From Pyrinomonadaceae bacterium (lineage in GTDB: Bacteria; Acidobacteriota; Blastocatellia; Pyrinomonadales; Pyrinomonadaceae), in the NCBI GenBank assembly GCA_035652995.1, contig DASRCS010000026.1, positions 580 to 64,579 of the forward strand: DNA of 64,000 bases, given 5' to 3'. Made by a program: the position numbers and the translations under genes. A model generated the notes under the pieces. That model was not told where the DNA came from and searched no databases. It worked only from the letters and a program-made list of their open reading frames with translations. Shown piece by piece: positions 28,091-37,886 of the stretch (position 1 is its first letter; each line of letters opens with the position of its first letter).

Positions 28091-30682
28091 ATGAAACCGA
28101 AGACTCCCTCGTCCCTCGTTAAGTTATTCGTTTCAGCCTCGTTGGCAGCATCCATTTTGGTGGGCGGAGCCGCCACAGTCCACGTCGGGGCGCAAGCCGA
28201 GCGCAAGACCACGCAGCACACGCAGCAGTACCCTGTGCTCTCGCGCTACGCGAGCGACCTGACGCGGCTCGCGCGGCTCGGCCAACTCGACGCCGCGGGC
28301 CACGAGTCCGACGCCCGCAAGGCCGTCGAGATTCTCTCGCGCGTCTCGAAGAACAACCCCGTCCTGCTCGCCGAGTCCGGCGCGGAAGCTTCGGCTGTCG
28401 CGCGCGGCGTCGCCGTCGAGCTGGCGTCGGCCCAAGCGCCCGCCTCTTTGCGCGGCGCGCGCGTCTTCGCGCTCGACCGCGACGCGCTGACGGCGGGCAC
28501 GAAGACCGCGGACGAGTTCGTCGCGCGCCTCAAGTCCGTGCTCGAAGACGCGGCCTCTTCGCGCGGTCGCGTCGTCCTCTTCGTCGCGGACTTCCACCAG
28601 TTCGCCGGCACCTACACGTCGCGCGAGGCGTCCGACCTCGTGCGCTCGGCCCTTGAGCGCGGCGACCTGCGAGTGATCGGCGCGACCAACCCGGAAATCT
28701 ACGGCGAGCACGTCGCGAAGGACGAGTCGCTCGCGAAACTCTTGCAGCCCGTCCAACTCTCCGGCGGCGGCGACGCGCGTACCGACAGGGACGAGTCTGC
28801 CGGCGTCACCCTGTCCGACATGAGGCTCTCGCCCGACCTGCGCGAGATGGTCGGCGGCGCGAAGCCTGGCGAGCGCGTCGGCGTCATCCTTCAGGCCGAC
28901 GACCTGAGCAACTCCGAGCTTTCGTCGCTGCTGCGCCGCTACAACGCCGACGTGAAGTCGCGCATGGATCAGCTCGGCGCGATGCGCGTCGAACTGCCCG
29001 CCGAGGCTTTGAAGGAGATCGCGAAGAGCGGCGCGGCCAGCTACCTCTCGCCCGACCGCCAGATGCTTCCGCTCGGCCACGTCACTTCGACTACGGGGAC
29101 GGACGCCGTCCGCAACGGCGGACTCATCGCCGGACTCACGGGCACGACCGTTGACGGCACCGGCGTCGGCATCGCCATCCTCGACTCCGGCATTGACGCG
29201 GCGCACGCGGCCTTCTCCGGCGGTCGCATCAAGTTCAAGAAGGATTTCACGTCCGAGGCGACGGACGGCAGCAAAGACCCCTACGGCCACGGCGCGCACG
29301 TCGCGTCTTCGGCGGCGGGCGTCAGCACCGTCTCCGGCGGCACCTACGAGGGCATCGCGCGCAACGCCAACATCATCAGCCTGCGCGTGCTGAACTCGCA
29401 GGGCGTAGGCAAGACCTCCGACCTGCTGGCCGCGCTCAACTGGATTCTCAGCCCCGTTGACCCGACCAAGCCGCTCAGTTCGTCGAATCCGACGAACGCG
29501 GTGAAGTTCAACATTCGCGTCGTCAACATGAGCCTCGGCGCTCCCGCCGTTGACTCTTACAAGAACGACGCCGTCTGCCTCGCCGCGCGCAAGCTCGTTG
29601 ACGCCGGAATCGTCGTCGTCGCGGCGGCGGGCAACAACGGCAAGGACGCCAACGGCAATAAGCTCTACGGCCAGATTCACTCGCCCGGCGACGAGCCTTC
29701 GGTCGTCACGGTCGGCGCGGCCAACACCTTCGGCACCGACGCCCGCTCGGACGACGGCATCGCGACCTTCAGCTCGCGCGGCCCGACTCGCGGCAGTTGG
29801 ACTGACGGTGCAGGCGTCAAGCACTACGACAACCTGATGAAGCCCGACCTCGTCGCCCCCGGCAACAAGCTCATCTTCGCCGAGGCCGACAACGGTGCCA
29901 GCGGCTGGAACTACCTCGTGACGCAACACCCGGAACTCGACACCGGCATCACGACCAGCGACAACAAGAAGCTGATGTACCTGTCGGGAACTTCGATGGC
30001 GACGCCGATTGTCGCGGGCGCGGCGGCGCTGATGCTCCAAGTCAACCCGAAGCTGACGCCGAACATGGTCAAGATGATCCTGATGTACACGGCGCAGCCG
30101 CTCGCGGGCTTCAACGAACTCGAACAGGGTTCGGGCGAGTTGAACGTCGTCGCCGCCGTGCAAATGGCGAAGCTCGTCCGCACCGACCTCGGCTCGAACC
30201 CGGCGCAGGGCACGCCGCTGCTGACGACCTCGACGCTCCCGACGCCGCAGACGACCATCGCGGGCTACACGTTCCCCTGGGCGCAGGGCGTCATCCTGAA
30301 GCAGAACTACGCGACGGGCACGAACCTCATCGCGCAGTATCAGACCGTGTACGGACTCGGCATGGTTCTCGGCGACGGCTACGTCTCGACGGACGGCACC
30401 GTTTCGGGGAGCGGCATCATGATGGGCGACGGCATCATGATGGGCGACCAGATAACGACGAGCGCCGGCATGGTCATCGGCGACGGCGCGCCGTTCATGC
30501 CCTGCGGCATCCTGTTGGGCGACGGGATACTCATGGGCGACGGCATGGTCGTCGGCGACGGGATACTCATGGGAGACGGGATGGTCGTCGGCGACGGCAT
30601 CCTGATGGGCGACGCCGCGCTTCAGGCGATGTCGGCGGCGGTCGGGGGCGACCCCGGCCCGGCGATGCAGCCCGCGCCCTAG
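28091..30682 (+). CDS. secreted subtilisin-like serine protease (S8) with N-terminal degenerate Clp-ATPase-like module and C-terminal Met-rich hexapeptide repeats
   Basis: Signal peptide MKPKTPSSLVKLFVSASLAASILVGGAATVHVGAQA. S8 triad AILDSGID / HGAHVAS / GTSMATP. N-terminal region colinear with ClpB NBD1 (see findings). Confidence 0.9.
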   Translation: MKPKTPSSLVKLFVSASLAASILVGGAATVHVGAQAERKTTQHTQQYPVLSRYASDLTRLARLGQLDAAGHESDARKAVEILSRVSKNNPVLLAESGAEASAVARGVAVELASAQAPASLRGARVFALDRDALTAGTKTADEFVARLKSVLEDAASSRGRVVLFVADFHQFAGTYTSREASDLVRSALERGDLRVIGATNPEIYGEHVAKDESLAKLLQPVQLSGGGDARTDRDESAGVTLSDMRLSPDLREMVGGAKPGERVGVILQADDLSNSELSSLLRRYNADVKSRMDQLGAMRVELPAEALKEIAKSGAASYLSPDRQMLPLGHVTSTTGTDAVRNGGLIAGLTGTTVDGTGVGIAILDSGIDAAHAAFSGGRIKFKKDFTSEATDGSKDPYGHGAHVASSAAGVSTVSGGTYEGIARNANIISLRVLNSQGVGKTSDLLAALNWILSPVDPTKPLSSSNPTNAVKFNIRVVNMSLGAPAVDSYKNDAVCLAARKLVDAGIVVVAAAGNNGKDANGNKLYGQIHSPGDEPSVVTVGAANTFGTDARSDDGIATFSSRGPTRGSWTDGAGVKHYDNLMKPDLVAPGNKLIFAEADNGASGWNYLVTQHPELDTGITTSDNKKLMYLSGTSMATPIVAGAAALMLQVNPKLTPNMVKMILMYTAQPLAGFNELEQGSGELNVVAAVQMAKLVRTDLGSNPAQGTPLLTTSTLPTPQTTIAGYTFPWAQGVILKQNYATGTNLIAQYQTVYGLGMVLGDGYVSTDGTVSGSGIMMGDGIMMGDQITTSAGMVIGDGAPFMPCGILLGDGILMGDGMVVGDGILMGDGMVVGDGILMGDAALQAMSAAVGGDPGPAMQPAP

Positions 30683-30740
30683 CTGCCGCAAATTCATCCG
30701 TCCCGCGCGCGCGGGGCCAACATCAACCCCCTTGCCTCCT

Positions 30741-30779
30741 CGCGGGGAAGGCGCTTCGAGCCGAGGCGTCTTCCCCGCG
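30741..30779 (+). terminator. stem-loop after the protease gene (weak T-tract)
   Basis: CGCGGGGAAGGCGC ttcgagccgag GCGTCTTCCCCGCG. Confidence 0.35.
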
Positions 30780-30865
30780 TCCCAAATCTCACCCGAACAA
30801 CTTTCGGCAATTCTTCCGACTCGTCGAACCGACGCGTGAAGGGTGCGGCCCTCGCCGCGACGAAG

Positions 30866-33100
30866 ATGAAGAACGAACGGGCAAAGCTCATCAAGTTCTA
30901 CCAGTGGTCGGTCGTCGCCGCGGGCGCGGTCGTCGCCGCCGCGTGCGCGTGCCTCGTCACGCCCGCGCGGCTCGACCTGCGCTTCGCGCTGCTGGCCTTC
31001 GTCACCGTCGCCGTCAGTTCGCGCATCTCGGTCAAGATTCCGCGCCACGACTCGAACATCACGCTCGCCGACACGTTTGTCTTCCTCGCCGTTTTAATCT
31101 ACGGCGGCCCCGCCGGCGTCCTGCTGGCCGCGGCGGAGGGCGTCTCGTCGGGCCTGCGCGTGAGCCGGCAGAAGAAGCCGCTCACGATCCTCTTCAACGC
31201 GGGGATGATGGCCTGCTCGACCGCGGCGGCGGTCGGCGCGCTCGCGCTCGTCTCCGGCGGCGTCGGGGACTTCTGGCGGCACAGCCTCGACCGCCTGCTC
31301 ATCGCCGCTTGCGCGCTCGGACTCGCGCAGTTCGCGGCCAACAGCGCGCTCATCGCCGTCGTCCTCGCGCTCAAGACGGGACAGCCCGTCGGCCAGACCT
31401 GGAGCAAGCACTGCGCGTGGCTCTCGGTCTCGACCTTCGTCGGCGCGGGCGCGGCCTCGGCGATTGCGAACTTCATCAGCTCGACGGGCTTCTACGCCCT
31501 GCTCGTCGCGCTGCCGATCATCTGGCTCGTCCGCTACACCTACGACAAGTACCTCGAAGACATCAAGACGACCGCCGCGCAGGCCGAGCGCGCCGAGCAC
31601 GCGCGCGCCGAGGCCGAGCGCGAGCGCGCCGAACTCGCCGAGCGCCACGTCGAGGAGCAGCAGCGCTACATCGCCGAGCTTGAGCGCGTGAGCCGCGAGC
31701 TTCAGGAGAGCCGCGAGCACTTCCGCCACGCGGCCTTTCACGACTCCCTGACGAACCTGCCGAACCGCGCGCTCTTGGCCGACCACCTGCGACTCGCCAT
31801 CGAGCGCGCGCGGCGGCACGACGGCCACCTCTTCGGCCTGCTCTTCCTCGACCTCGACCGCTTCAAGACGCTCAACGACTCGCTCGGCCACGCGGCGGGC
31901 GACCGCCTGCTCGTCGAAGTCGCGCGCAGACTTGAGCGCTGCTCGCGCCCGACCGACACGGTCGCGCGCCTCGGCGGCGACGAGTTCGCCGTGCTGCTCG
32001 ACGGACTTGAGTCGCAGTACGACGCCGTGCGCGTCGCCGAGCGCGTGCAGGACGAACTCGTGCGCCCGTTCTACCTCGGCGGCCACGAGGTCTATACCGC
32101 GGCGAGCATCGGCATCACCCTGAGCGCGCACGGCTACGACGACCCGGAAAACGTCCTGCGCGACGCCGACACGGCGATGTACCGCGCGAAGGAGAAGGGC
32201 AAGGCGCGTTACGAACTCTTCGACGCCGAGATGCACGCCGACGCGCTCGCCCGCCTACGGCTTGAGAACGACCTGCGCCGCGCGGTCGAGCACCGCGAGT
32301 TTGAAGTTTACTACCAGCCCATCGTCGCGCTCTCGACGGGCAGGCTCTCCGGCTTCGAGGCGCTCGTCCGCTGGCGTCACCCCGAGCGCGGGATCATCAT
32401 GCCTTCGGAGTTCGTCCCGCTCGCCGAAGAGACGCGGATCATCTCCGACATCGGCGAGTTCGTCCTGCGCGAGGCGTGCCGGCAGTTGGGCGAGTGGCGC
32501 GAGCTTCTGCCGCTGCCACAGCCGCTCACCGTCAGCGTCAACCTTTCGAGCAAGCAACTGACGAAGCCCGGCCTCGTCGAGAGCGTCCGCCAGATTCTGC
32601 GCGAGACGGGGCTGCCCGCCCACTGCCTCAAGCTCGAAATCACCGAGAGCGCCGTGATGGACAACGCCGAGTCGGCGGCGACGCTCCTCACGCAACTGCG
32701 CTCGCTCGGACTCCAACTCTCGATTGACGACTTCGGGACGGGCTACTCGTCGCTCTCGTACCTGCACCGCTTCCCCGTTGACACTCTGAAGATTGACCGC
32801 TCGTTCGTCAGCCGCATGGGCGCGGGCGACGAGAACGCCGAGATCGTCCGCACCATCGTCACGCTGGCGTCGAACCTCGGCATGGTCGTCATCGCCGAGG
32901 GCGTCGAGACCGAGGAGCAGCACGCGCGGCTCGAAGCGCTCGCGTGCCAGTACGGGCAGGGCTTCCTCTACTCGAAGCCCGTTGACGCGGAGTCGGCCCT
33001 CTCGCTCATCCGGCGCAACCAGAGCGCGCCGCTTTCGCCCAACCCCGCGCGGCCCGCCGACAACTCGCTCGCGCGCCTCTCGCAGATACTCGCCGCGTGA
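30866..33100 (+). CDS. membrane-sensor GGDEF-EAL protein (c-di-GMP turnover)
   Basis: N-terminal multi-TM domain and a coiled coil. GGDEFAVLL. EAL domain with EALVRW, EITES and DDFGTGYSSLSYL. An alternative GTG start is at 30836. Confidence 0.9.
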   Translation: MKNERAKLIKFYQWSVVAAGAVVAAACACLVTPARLDLRFALLAFVTVAVSSRISVKIPRHDSNITLADTFVFLAVLIYGGPAGVLLAAAEGVSSGLRVSRQKKPLTILFNAGMMACSTAAAVGALALVSGGVGDFWRHSLDRLLIAACALGLAQFAANSALIAVVLALKTGQPVGQTWSKHCAWLSVSTFVGAGAASAIANFISSTGFYALLVALPIIWLVRYTYDKYLEDIKTTAAQAERAEHARAEAERERAELAERHVEEQQRYIAELERVSRELQESREHFRHAAFHDSLTNLPNRALLADHLRLAIERARRHDGHLFGLLFLDLDRFKTLNDSLGHAAGDRLLVEVARRLERCSRPTDTVARLGGDEFAVLLDGLESQYDAVRVAERVQDELVRPFYLGGHEVYTAASIGITLSAHGYDDPENVLRDADTAMYRAKEKGKARYELFDAEMHADALARLRLENDLRRAVEHREFEVYYQPIVALSTGRLSGFEALVRWRHPERGIIMPSEFVPLAEETRIISDIGEFVLREACRQLGEWRELLPLPQPLTVSVNLSSKQLTKPGLVESVRQILRETGLPAHCLKLEITESAVMDNAESAATLLTQLRSLGLQLSIDDFGTGYSSLSYLHRFPVDTLKIDRSFVSRMGAGDENAEIVRTIVTLASNLGMVVIAEGVETEEQHARLEALACQYGQGFLYSKPVDAESALSLIRRNQSAPLSPNPARPADNSLARLSQILAA

Positions 33101-33251
33101 CGGCGCGGTACCACACACATCCGCTCGCGCCGCGCGCTCGCCAAAGCAGCCGCGAACATTAAAGACAGATTTTTTTTCCGCGCGTCGCTGGAAGGCGACG
33201 GCCTTTCACCCTTTCTTCAACTTACAACTACAAAAACCAAGGGAGACTGTC

Positions 33252-33977
33252 ATGAGCCGAATTCTCGTCAAGTCAGTATTTTCGCTGGCGGCTTTGATTC
33301 TCATCGGCCTGAGCGCCGGCAACGCCTACGCCGACGGCATCGTGTTCGTCGGCCCGGACCCATGCTTCCCCGCGGGAGTCGGTCGCGGCTGCGGCCCCGA
33401 CCGCGCGCCGCACGTCCTTTCGGTTCAGTCGCCGGGCAGTAGCGTCAACGAGGCGGGGGCGGTCGGGCGCTCGATCTCATCGTCGGGCGACGTGCGCACG
33501 GGCGACTGGCTGCGCGGGAGCAACACGCAGACCGTCTCGCTCTCGCAGATCGGCACGACCAACGCCGGCCAGATTCAAATCTACTTCGACGTGAACGAGC
33601 CGAACGGCGGCGGCGTCAGCGACCTGACGCTGAACTCGCTCGTGCTTAACGCGTTCGACGCGAGCGGCAACAACGTCTTCAGCGCGTCGCTCATCGGCGG
33701 GCCGTTCACGCTCCAGCAGCTCGGCAACGGGCAGGGCCATTCCGACTACGTGTTCGCGCTGGACGCCGCCGCCGCCGCGCGGCTTCAGGCGGCGATCAAC
33801 GCGCACCCCGACCTGCTCCTGGGTCTCAGCGCGGGCCTCACGAACGCGCAGGGCGGCCCCGAAAGTTTCTTCATCGGCAGCGCACCCGCGGCGGTGCCCG
33901 AACCGGCCACGATGCTGTTGCTCGGCACTGGACTCGTCGGCGTCGCCGCCAAGGTTCGACGGAGGCGCAAAGCCTGA
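33252..33977 (+). CDS. PEP-CTERM sorting-domain secreted protein
   Basis: ATG after GGGAGA. Signal peptide. C-terminal VPEPATMLLLGTGLVGVAAKVRRRRKA (PEP motif, TM helix, Arg cluster). Confidence 0.85.
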   Translation: MSRILVKSVFSLAALILIGLSAGNAYADGIVFVGPDPCFPAGVGRGCGPDRAPHVLSVQSPGSSVNEAGAVGRSISSSGDVRTGDWLRGSNTQTVSLSQIGTTNAGQIQIYFDVNEPNGGGVSDLTLNSLVLNAFDASGNNVFSASLIGGPFTLQQLGNGQGHSDYVFALDAAAAARLQAAINAHPDLLLGLSAGLTNAQGGPESFFIGSAPAAVPEPATMLLLGTGLVGVAAKVRRRRKA

Positions 33978-34036
33978 GCTTGAATGCGCGTCCGCCGCGG
34001 CTGATTCAACTTCGCGCAGTCCGCGGGCGAACTACA

Positions 34037-34077
34037 AAAGGGCAAGCCGCCTTCACGACGGCTTGCCCTTCATCTTT
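34037..34077. terminator. bidirectional intrinsic terminator between convergent genes
   Basis: AAAGGGCAAGCCG ccttcacga CGGCTTGCCCTT CATCTTT. Confidence 0.65.
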
Positions 34078-34096
34078 ATCCGCGGCCTCCGCGAGT

Positions 34097-34837
34097 TTAC
34101 GCGAACGCGCCGCGGAAGAATTTAATCATCTCGCCGAACGCCTCGTCGGTCGCTACGGGGTCGTAGCGCGGCCCTTCGTCGCGCATGAAGGCGTGCTCCG
34201 CCGCGTAGAGCTTCACGTCGAAATTAACGCCCGCCGCGCGCAGAGCTTCGACGATCTTCTCGCGCCCTTCTGCCGGCACGTGCGGGTCAGCCGAGCCGAA
34301 GACGAGCAGCAGCGCGCCGCGAATCTCGCCCGCGCGCGCCAGCGTGCCCGCGTCCTCGTCGCTGCCGAGTTTCCCGTTGTGAACTCCGGTCGGGTAGAAG
34401 CAGACGGTCGCGCACACGTCCGGCTGCAAGGCCGCGCGAAACGCCAGATGCCCGCCGATGCAAAAGCCCGCCGCGCCGAGTTGCCCTCCTGCGACGCGCG
34501 GGTGCGCGGCGAGATAGTCGAGCGTCGCGCGGCAGTCTTCGTCGAACTCCGCGACCGAAGTCCGCGCAGCGTCTTCGAGTCCGCGCGTGCGCCCCGCGTC
34601 GTCGAAAGGGATGGCCGTGCCCGGCGCTTCGATGCGGTGGTAAATCTCCGGCGCGGCGACGACGAAGCCGTAGCCCGCCAGCCGCGCGCACGCGCGCACC
34701 GTCGGCCCCGTCAACTGGAAGATGTCCGAATAGACGAGCACGCCCGGATGCACTCCGTCGCCTTTCGGCGCGAACACCTGCACGCGCATCGCGCTCCCGC
34801 CGACATCAATGTCAACGTGTTCAGTCGTGATAACCAT
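34097..34837 (-). CDS. dienelactone hydrolase family protein
   Basis: Alpha/beta hydrolase with GFCIGG nucleophile elbow. Start MVITTEH; the upstream part of the ORF lies in a repeat element. Confidence 0.8.
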   Translation of the reverse strand: MVITTEHVDIDVGGSAMRVQVFAPKGDGVHPGVLVYSDIFQLTGPTVRACARLAGYGFVVAAPEIYHRIEAPGTAIPFDDAGRTRGLEDAARTSVAEFDEDCRATLDYLAAHPRVAGGQLGAAGFCIGGHLAFRAALQPDVCATVCFYPTGVHNGKLGSDEDAGTLARAGEIRGALLLVFGSADPHVPAEGREKIVEALRAAGVNFDVKLYAAEHAFMRDEGPRYDPVATDEAFGEMIKFFRGAFA

Positions 34838-34852
34838 CAGCTCGCCCCGCGA

Positions 34853-34934
34853 GAAAGGATGAAGGCGGAAGGATGAGGGATGAAGTGAAGACAACGCTTC
34901 TTTCATCCTTCACCTTGCAGCCTTCATCCTTCTC
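34853..34934. repeat. heptamer-arm hairpin element (unit GGATGAA/GGATGAG)
   Basis: gaaaggatgaaggcggaaggatgagggatgaagtgaag ... tttcatccttcaccttgcagccttcatccttctc. Confidence 0.8.
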
Positions 34935-35816
34935 TCATGCTGCTCCGTATTTCTTGAACCATGCCTGAAGGCGGTTCCAGCCGTCGGTCGCGGCCTCCTT
35001 GTTGTAGGAAGGCCGGTAGTCGGCGTTGAAGCCGTGGCCCGCGTCCGGGTAAACGACGAGTTCCGACTCGTGCGCGGCCTTCGACTTCGAGTTCTTCAGC
35101 GCCGTTCGCATCTGCTCGACCGTCTCGACCGGGATGCCCTGATCCTTGCCGCCGTAGAGTCCGAGCACGGGAGCTTTTAACTCGTCAACGAGTTCGATGG
35201 GCTGCTTCGGCGTGAGCGGGGTCGGCTTCGCGTTGGGCGCGGCGACGAGGCGACCGTACCACGCGACGCCCGCGCGAAGATTCGGATTGTGCTCGGCGTA
35301 GAGCCAGACGATGCGACCGCCCCAGCAGAAACCTGTGACGGCGAGCTTCTTCGCGTCGCACTTCCCCGTTGACTTCGCGTAGGCGACCGTGGAGTCTAGG
35401 TCTGACATCACCTGCTCGTCGGGCACCTGCGCGACGATCTTCATGATGTCTTCCATCTTCGCCTGCGACACGTCGCCCTGCCGCGCGTAGAGCGACGGCG
35501 CGACGGCGAAGTAGCCGAGCTTGGCGAAGCGGCGGCAGATGTCTTTGATGTGCTCGTGGACGCCGAAAATCTCCTGCACGACGAGTACCAACGGAAAATT
35601 CTTCCCCTTCGCGGGCATCGCGCGGTAGCCGGGAATCTCTCCGTCGCGCACGGGAATCTTCACCTCGCCCGCTTCGAGTCCGTTCGCGTCGGTCGTGACG
35701 ACGGTCTGCGCCGTGACGGGCTGGACGGCCAATGCGAAACCGGCGGCGAGGCTCGTGACGATGAAGCCGCGGCGCGAGACCTCTTCGGGCAAAAGTCCGA
35801 TTAAATCTTCGTGCAT
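34935..35816 (-). CDS. dienelactone hydrolase family protein with twin-arginine signal
   Basis: [18 protein letters not shown] Tat-like signal. GFCWGG nucleophile elbow. Paralog of the neighbouring gene. Confidence 0.8.
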   Translation of the reverse strand: MHEDLIGLLPEEVSRRGFIVTSLAAGFALAVQPVTAQTVVTTDANGLEAGEVKIPVRDGEIPGYRAMPAKGKNFPLVLVVQEIFGVHEHIKDICRRFAKLGYFAVAPSLYARQGDVSQAKMEDIMKIVAQVPDEQVMSDLDSTVAYAKSTGKCDAKKLAVTGFCWGGRIVWLYAEHNPNLRAGVAWYGRLVAAPNAKPTPLTPKQPIELVDELKAPVLGLYGGKDQGIPVETVEQMRTALKNSKSKAAHESELVVYPDAGHGFNADYRPSYNKEAATDGWNRLQAWFKKYGAA

Positions 35817-36012
35817 CTGTTTTAAGTTTCCTTTCCGAAAGAAGGTTTCGCACAACTCTATCGCAACCGCGCCGATGTTGGAAGACTCCGTCTCAAATTT
35901 TCTCGCCGCGGCTTCAACGAAAGTTAACCGCCCGCGCCTTGAAAGCGCGCGCCGCGCGGCGTAGATTTGCTTCCGCCTTCAAGACTCTTCAGAAACGGGA
36001 AAGGAAATTTTT

Positions 36013-36519
36013 ATGAGCATGTGCGAACCGCTGGCGGCGGAGTTGCAACACGAGGCCGCGACGACGAGAAGGTTGTTGGAGCGCGTGCCGGAAGATAAGT
36101 TCGGCTGGAAGCCGCACGAGAAGTCAATGGCGCTGGGCCGACTCGCCGGCCACATCGCGGAGTTGCCGTCGCTCGTCGCGCCCGCGCTCACGCAGGACGA
36201 GCTTGATTTCGCCTCCGGGAACTATCAGCCGTTCGTCCCGACGAGCGTCGCCGAACTGATCGAGAAGTTCGACCGCAACGTGGCCGCCGCCGTCGGACTT
36301 CTGAAGGAGCAGTCCGACGAGCGCATGAACGACAAGTGGCGTCTGCGGAGCGGCGACACGGTCATCTTCGAGTTGCCGCGCGCCGCCGTCGTCCGCACGA
36401 TGGCGCTCAACCACGTCGTCCACCACCGCGGCCAGCTCTCGGTCTATCTGCGCCTGCTCGACGTGCCGCTCCCCTCGATCTACGGGCCGTCGGCTGACGA
36501 AGGGCAGCGCGCCTCCTGA
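36013..36519 (+). CDS. DinB superfamily protein
   Basis: Four-helix DinB-like pattern with HIAE and HHRGQLSVYLR metal-binding His motifs. Confidence 0.7.
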   Translation: MSMCEPLAAELQHEAATTRRLLERVPEDKFGWKPHEKSMALGRLAGHIAELPSLVAPALTQDELDFASGNYQPFVPTSVAELIEKFDRNVAAAVGLLKEQSDERMNDKWRLRSGDTVIFELPRAAVVRTMALNHVVHHRGQLSVYLRLLDVPLPSIYGPSADEGQRAS

Positions 36520-36544
36520 AGGCCGAGGCCGGGGCGAACCGAAC

Positions 36545-37273
36545 TTGAGTGAAGCGCTGACTAAGATCGGCTGCTGCGGCTTCCGCGCGTCGCGCGAGTC
36601 TTACTACCCCCTGCTCGACGCGGTTGAAGTCCAGCACACCTTCTACCAGCCGCCGCAGGTTCCGACGCTCAGGCGTTGGCGCGAGGAAGCGCCGCGCGGC
36701 TTCGAGTTCACGCTCAAGGTCTGGCAACTCGTCACGCACCTGTCTTCGAGTCCGACCTACCGGCGACTCAAGCGGCAACTCGCCGAAGAGGAGAAGGAGG
36801 AGGCCGGCGCGTTCCGCCCGACGAAGACGGTCGCCGCGGCGTGGGAGTTGACGCGCGAGTGCGCGGCGGCGCTCGAAGCCCGCGCGGTTCTGTTCCAGTG
36901 CCCGGCGAGTTTCAAGCCGACCGCCGAGAACGTCGCTAACCTCCGAAAGTTTTTCAGAAAGGCGAAGCGCGACCGCCTCAGCTTCTGCTGGGAGCCGCGC
37001 GGCGGGTGGCCGCGCGAGACGGTCAGAGAGTTGTGCGACGAGCTTGACCTCTGGCACGTCGTTGACCCTTTCGCCGAGCGCACCGCGACGCCGCGACGCT
37101 GCTACTTCCGCCTGCACGGTCGCCGCGGCTGGCGCTACAAGTACGAGGACGGCGAGCTTGAGGAGTTGCGCTCGATGCTTCCGCGCGGCGAAGTCTCTTA
37201 CGTCTTCTTCAACAACGTCGAGATGCTCGACGACGCCGTCCGCTTCAAGGAGATCGTCGCAGCCGAAGCGTGA
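36545..37273 (+). CDS. DUF72 family protein
   Basis: TTG start. IGCCGF...Y.LLDAVEVQHTFY...W....P.GFEFTLKV is typical of DUF72. Confidence 0.75.
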   Translation: MSEALTKIGCCGFRASRESYYPLLDAVEVQHTFYQPPQVPTLRRWREEAPRGFEFTLKVWQLVTHLSSSPTYRRLKRQLAEEEKEEAGAFRPTKTVAAAWELTRECAAALEARAVLFQCPASFKPTAENVANLRKFFRKAKRDRLSFCWEPRGGWPRETVRELCDELDLWHVVDPFAERTATPRRCYFRLHGRRGWRYKYEDGELEELRSMLPRGEVSYVFFNNVEMLDDAVRFKEIVAAEA

Positions 37274-37370
37274 CGCGCGACGCAGCAACCCGACGCGCGA
37301 TGCATCCGTTCGCCCGCCCGCCCTCGTAAGTAAGATTGCACTGAACCGAAACCGAAAGGAGCAAGAGAGC

Positions 37371-37769
37371 ATGAGCGATCAGGACAACTCGAACGTGGTC
37401 AGGCAGGCTTACGAGAACTTCAAGACCGGGGACATCGGGACGCTTCTCGGACAGATGTCGGAGGACGTTGACTGGCGCTTGCCCGACATCGAGGGCGTGC
37501 CGTTCGCGGGCGCGCGGCGCGGGGCGGGGCAGGTCGCGGAGTTCTTCTCGACGCTCGGCGACGCGCAGGACGTTCTCTCATTCGAGCCGCGCGAGTTCGT
37601 CGCGCAGGGCGAGCATGTAGTCGCGCTCGGCGAATACAAGTGGCGTGTGAAGAAGAACGGGCGCGAGTACGGCGGCGGCTTCGCACACGTCTTCACCGTC
37701 CGCGGCGGCAAGATCGTCGCCTTCCACGAGTACATGGACACCGCATCCGCCGCCGACGCGTACAAGTAA
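37371..37769 (+). CDS. SnoaL-like / NTF2-fold (ketosteroid-isomerase-like) protein
   Basis: 132 aa. VVRQAYENFKTGDI...DVDW...F.VRGGKIV.FHEY pattern. Confidence 0.7.
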   Translation: MSDQDNSNVVRQAYENFKTGDIGTLLGQMSEDVDWRLPDIEGVPFAGARRGAGQVAEFFSTLGDAQDVLSFEPREFVAQGEHVVALGEYKWRVKKNGREYGGGFAHVFTVRGGKIVAFHEYMDTASAADAYK

Positions 37770-37773
37770 GACG

Positions 37774-37872
37774 CCTTTGTGTCCCTCTGTGAAATCCTTT
37801 GTGGCCTCTGTGGTTGAGTTCGGATTCTTTAATCACAGAGGCCACAGAGGTATTCACAAAGGGCACAGAGGG
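37774..37872. repeat. heptamer-arm hairpin element (unit CCTCTGTG/CTTTGTG)
   Basis: cctttgtgtccctctgtgaaatcctttgtggcctctgtgg ... cacagaggccacagaggtattcacaaagggcacagaggg. Confidence 0.8.
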
Positions 37873-37886
37873 ATTAAAGCTGAAAG

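Noticed and set aside
12734-33100. A coherent c-di-GMP system linking the PilZ protein, the GGDEF response regulator and the GGDEF-EAL protein.
   Set aside because: The genes are 10-18 kb apart, separated by unrelated housekeeping genes and on different strands. This is ordinary dispersed signalling content, not a cluster.
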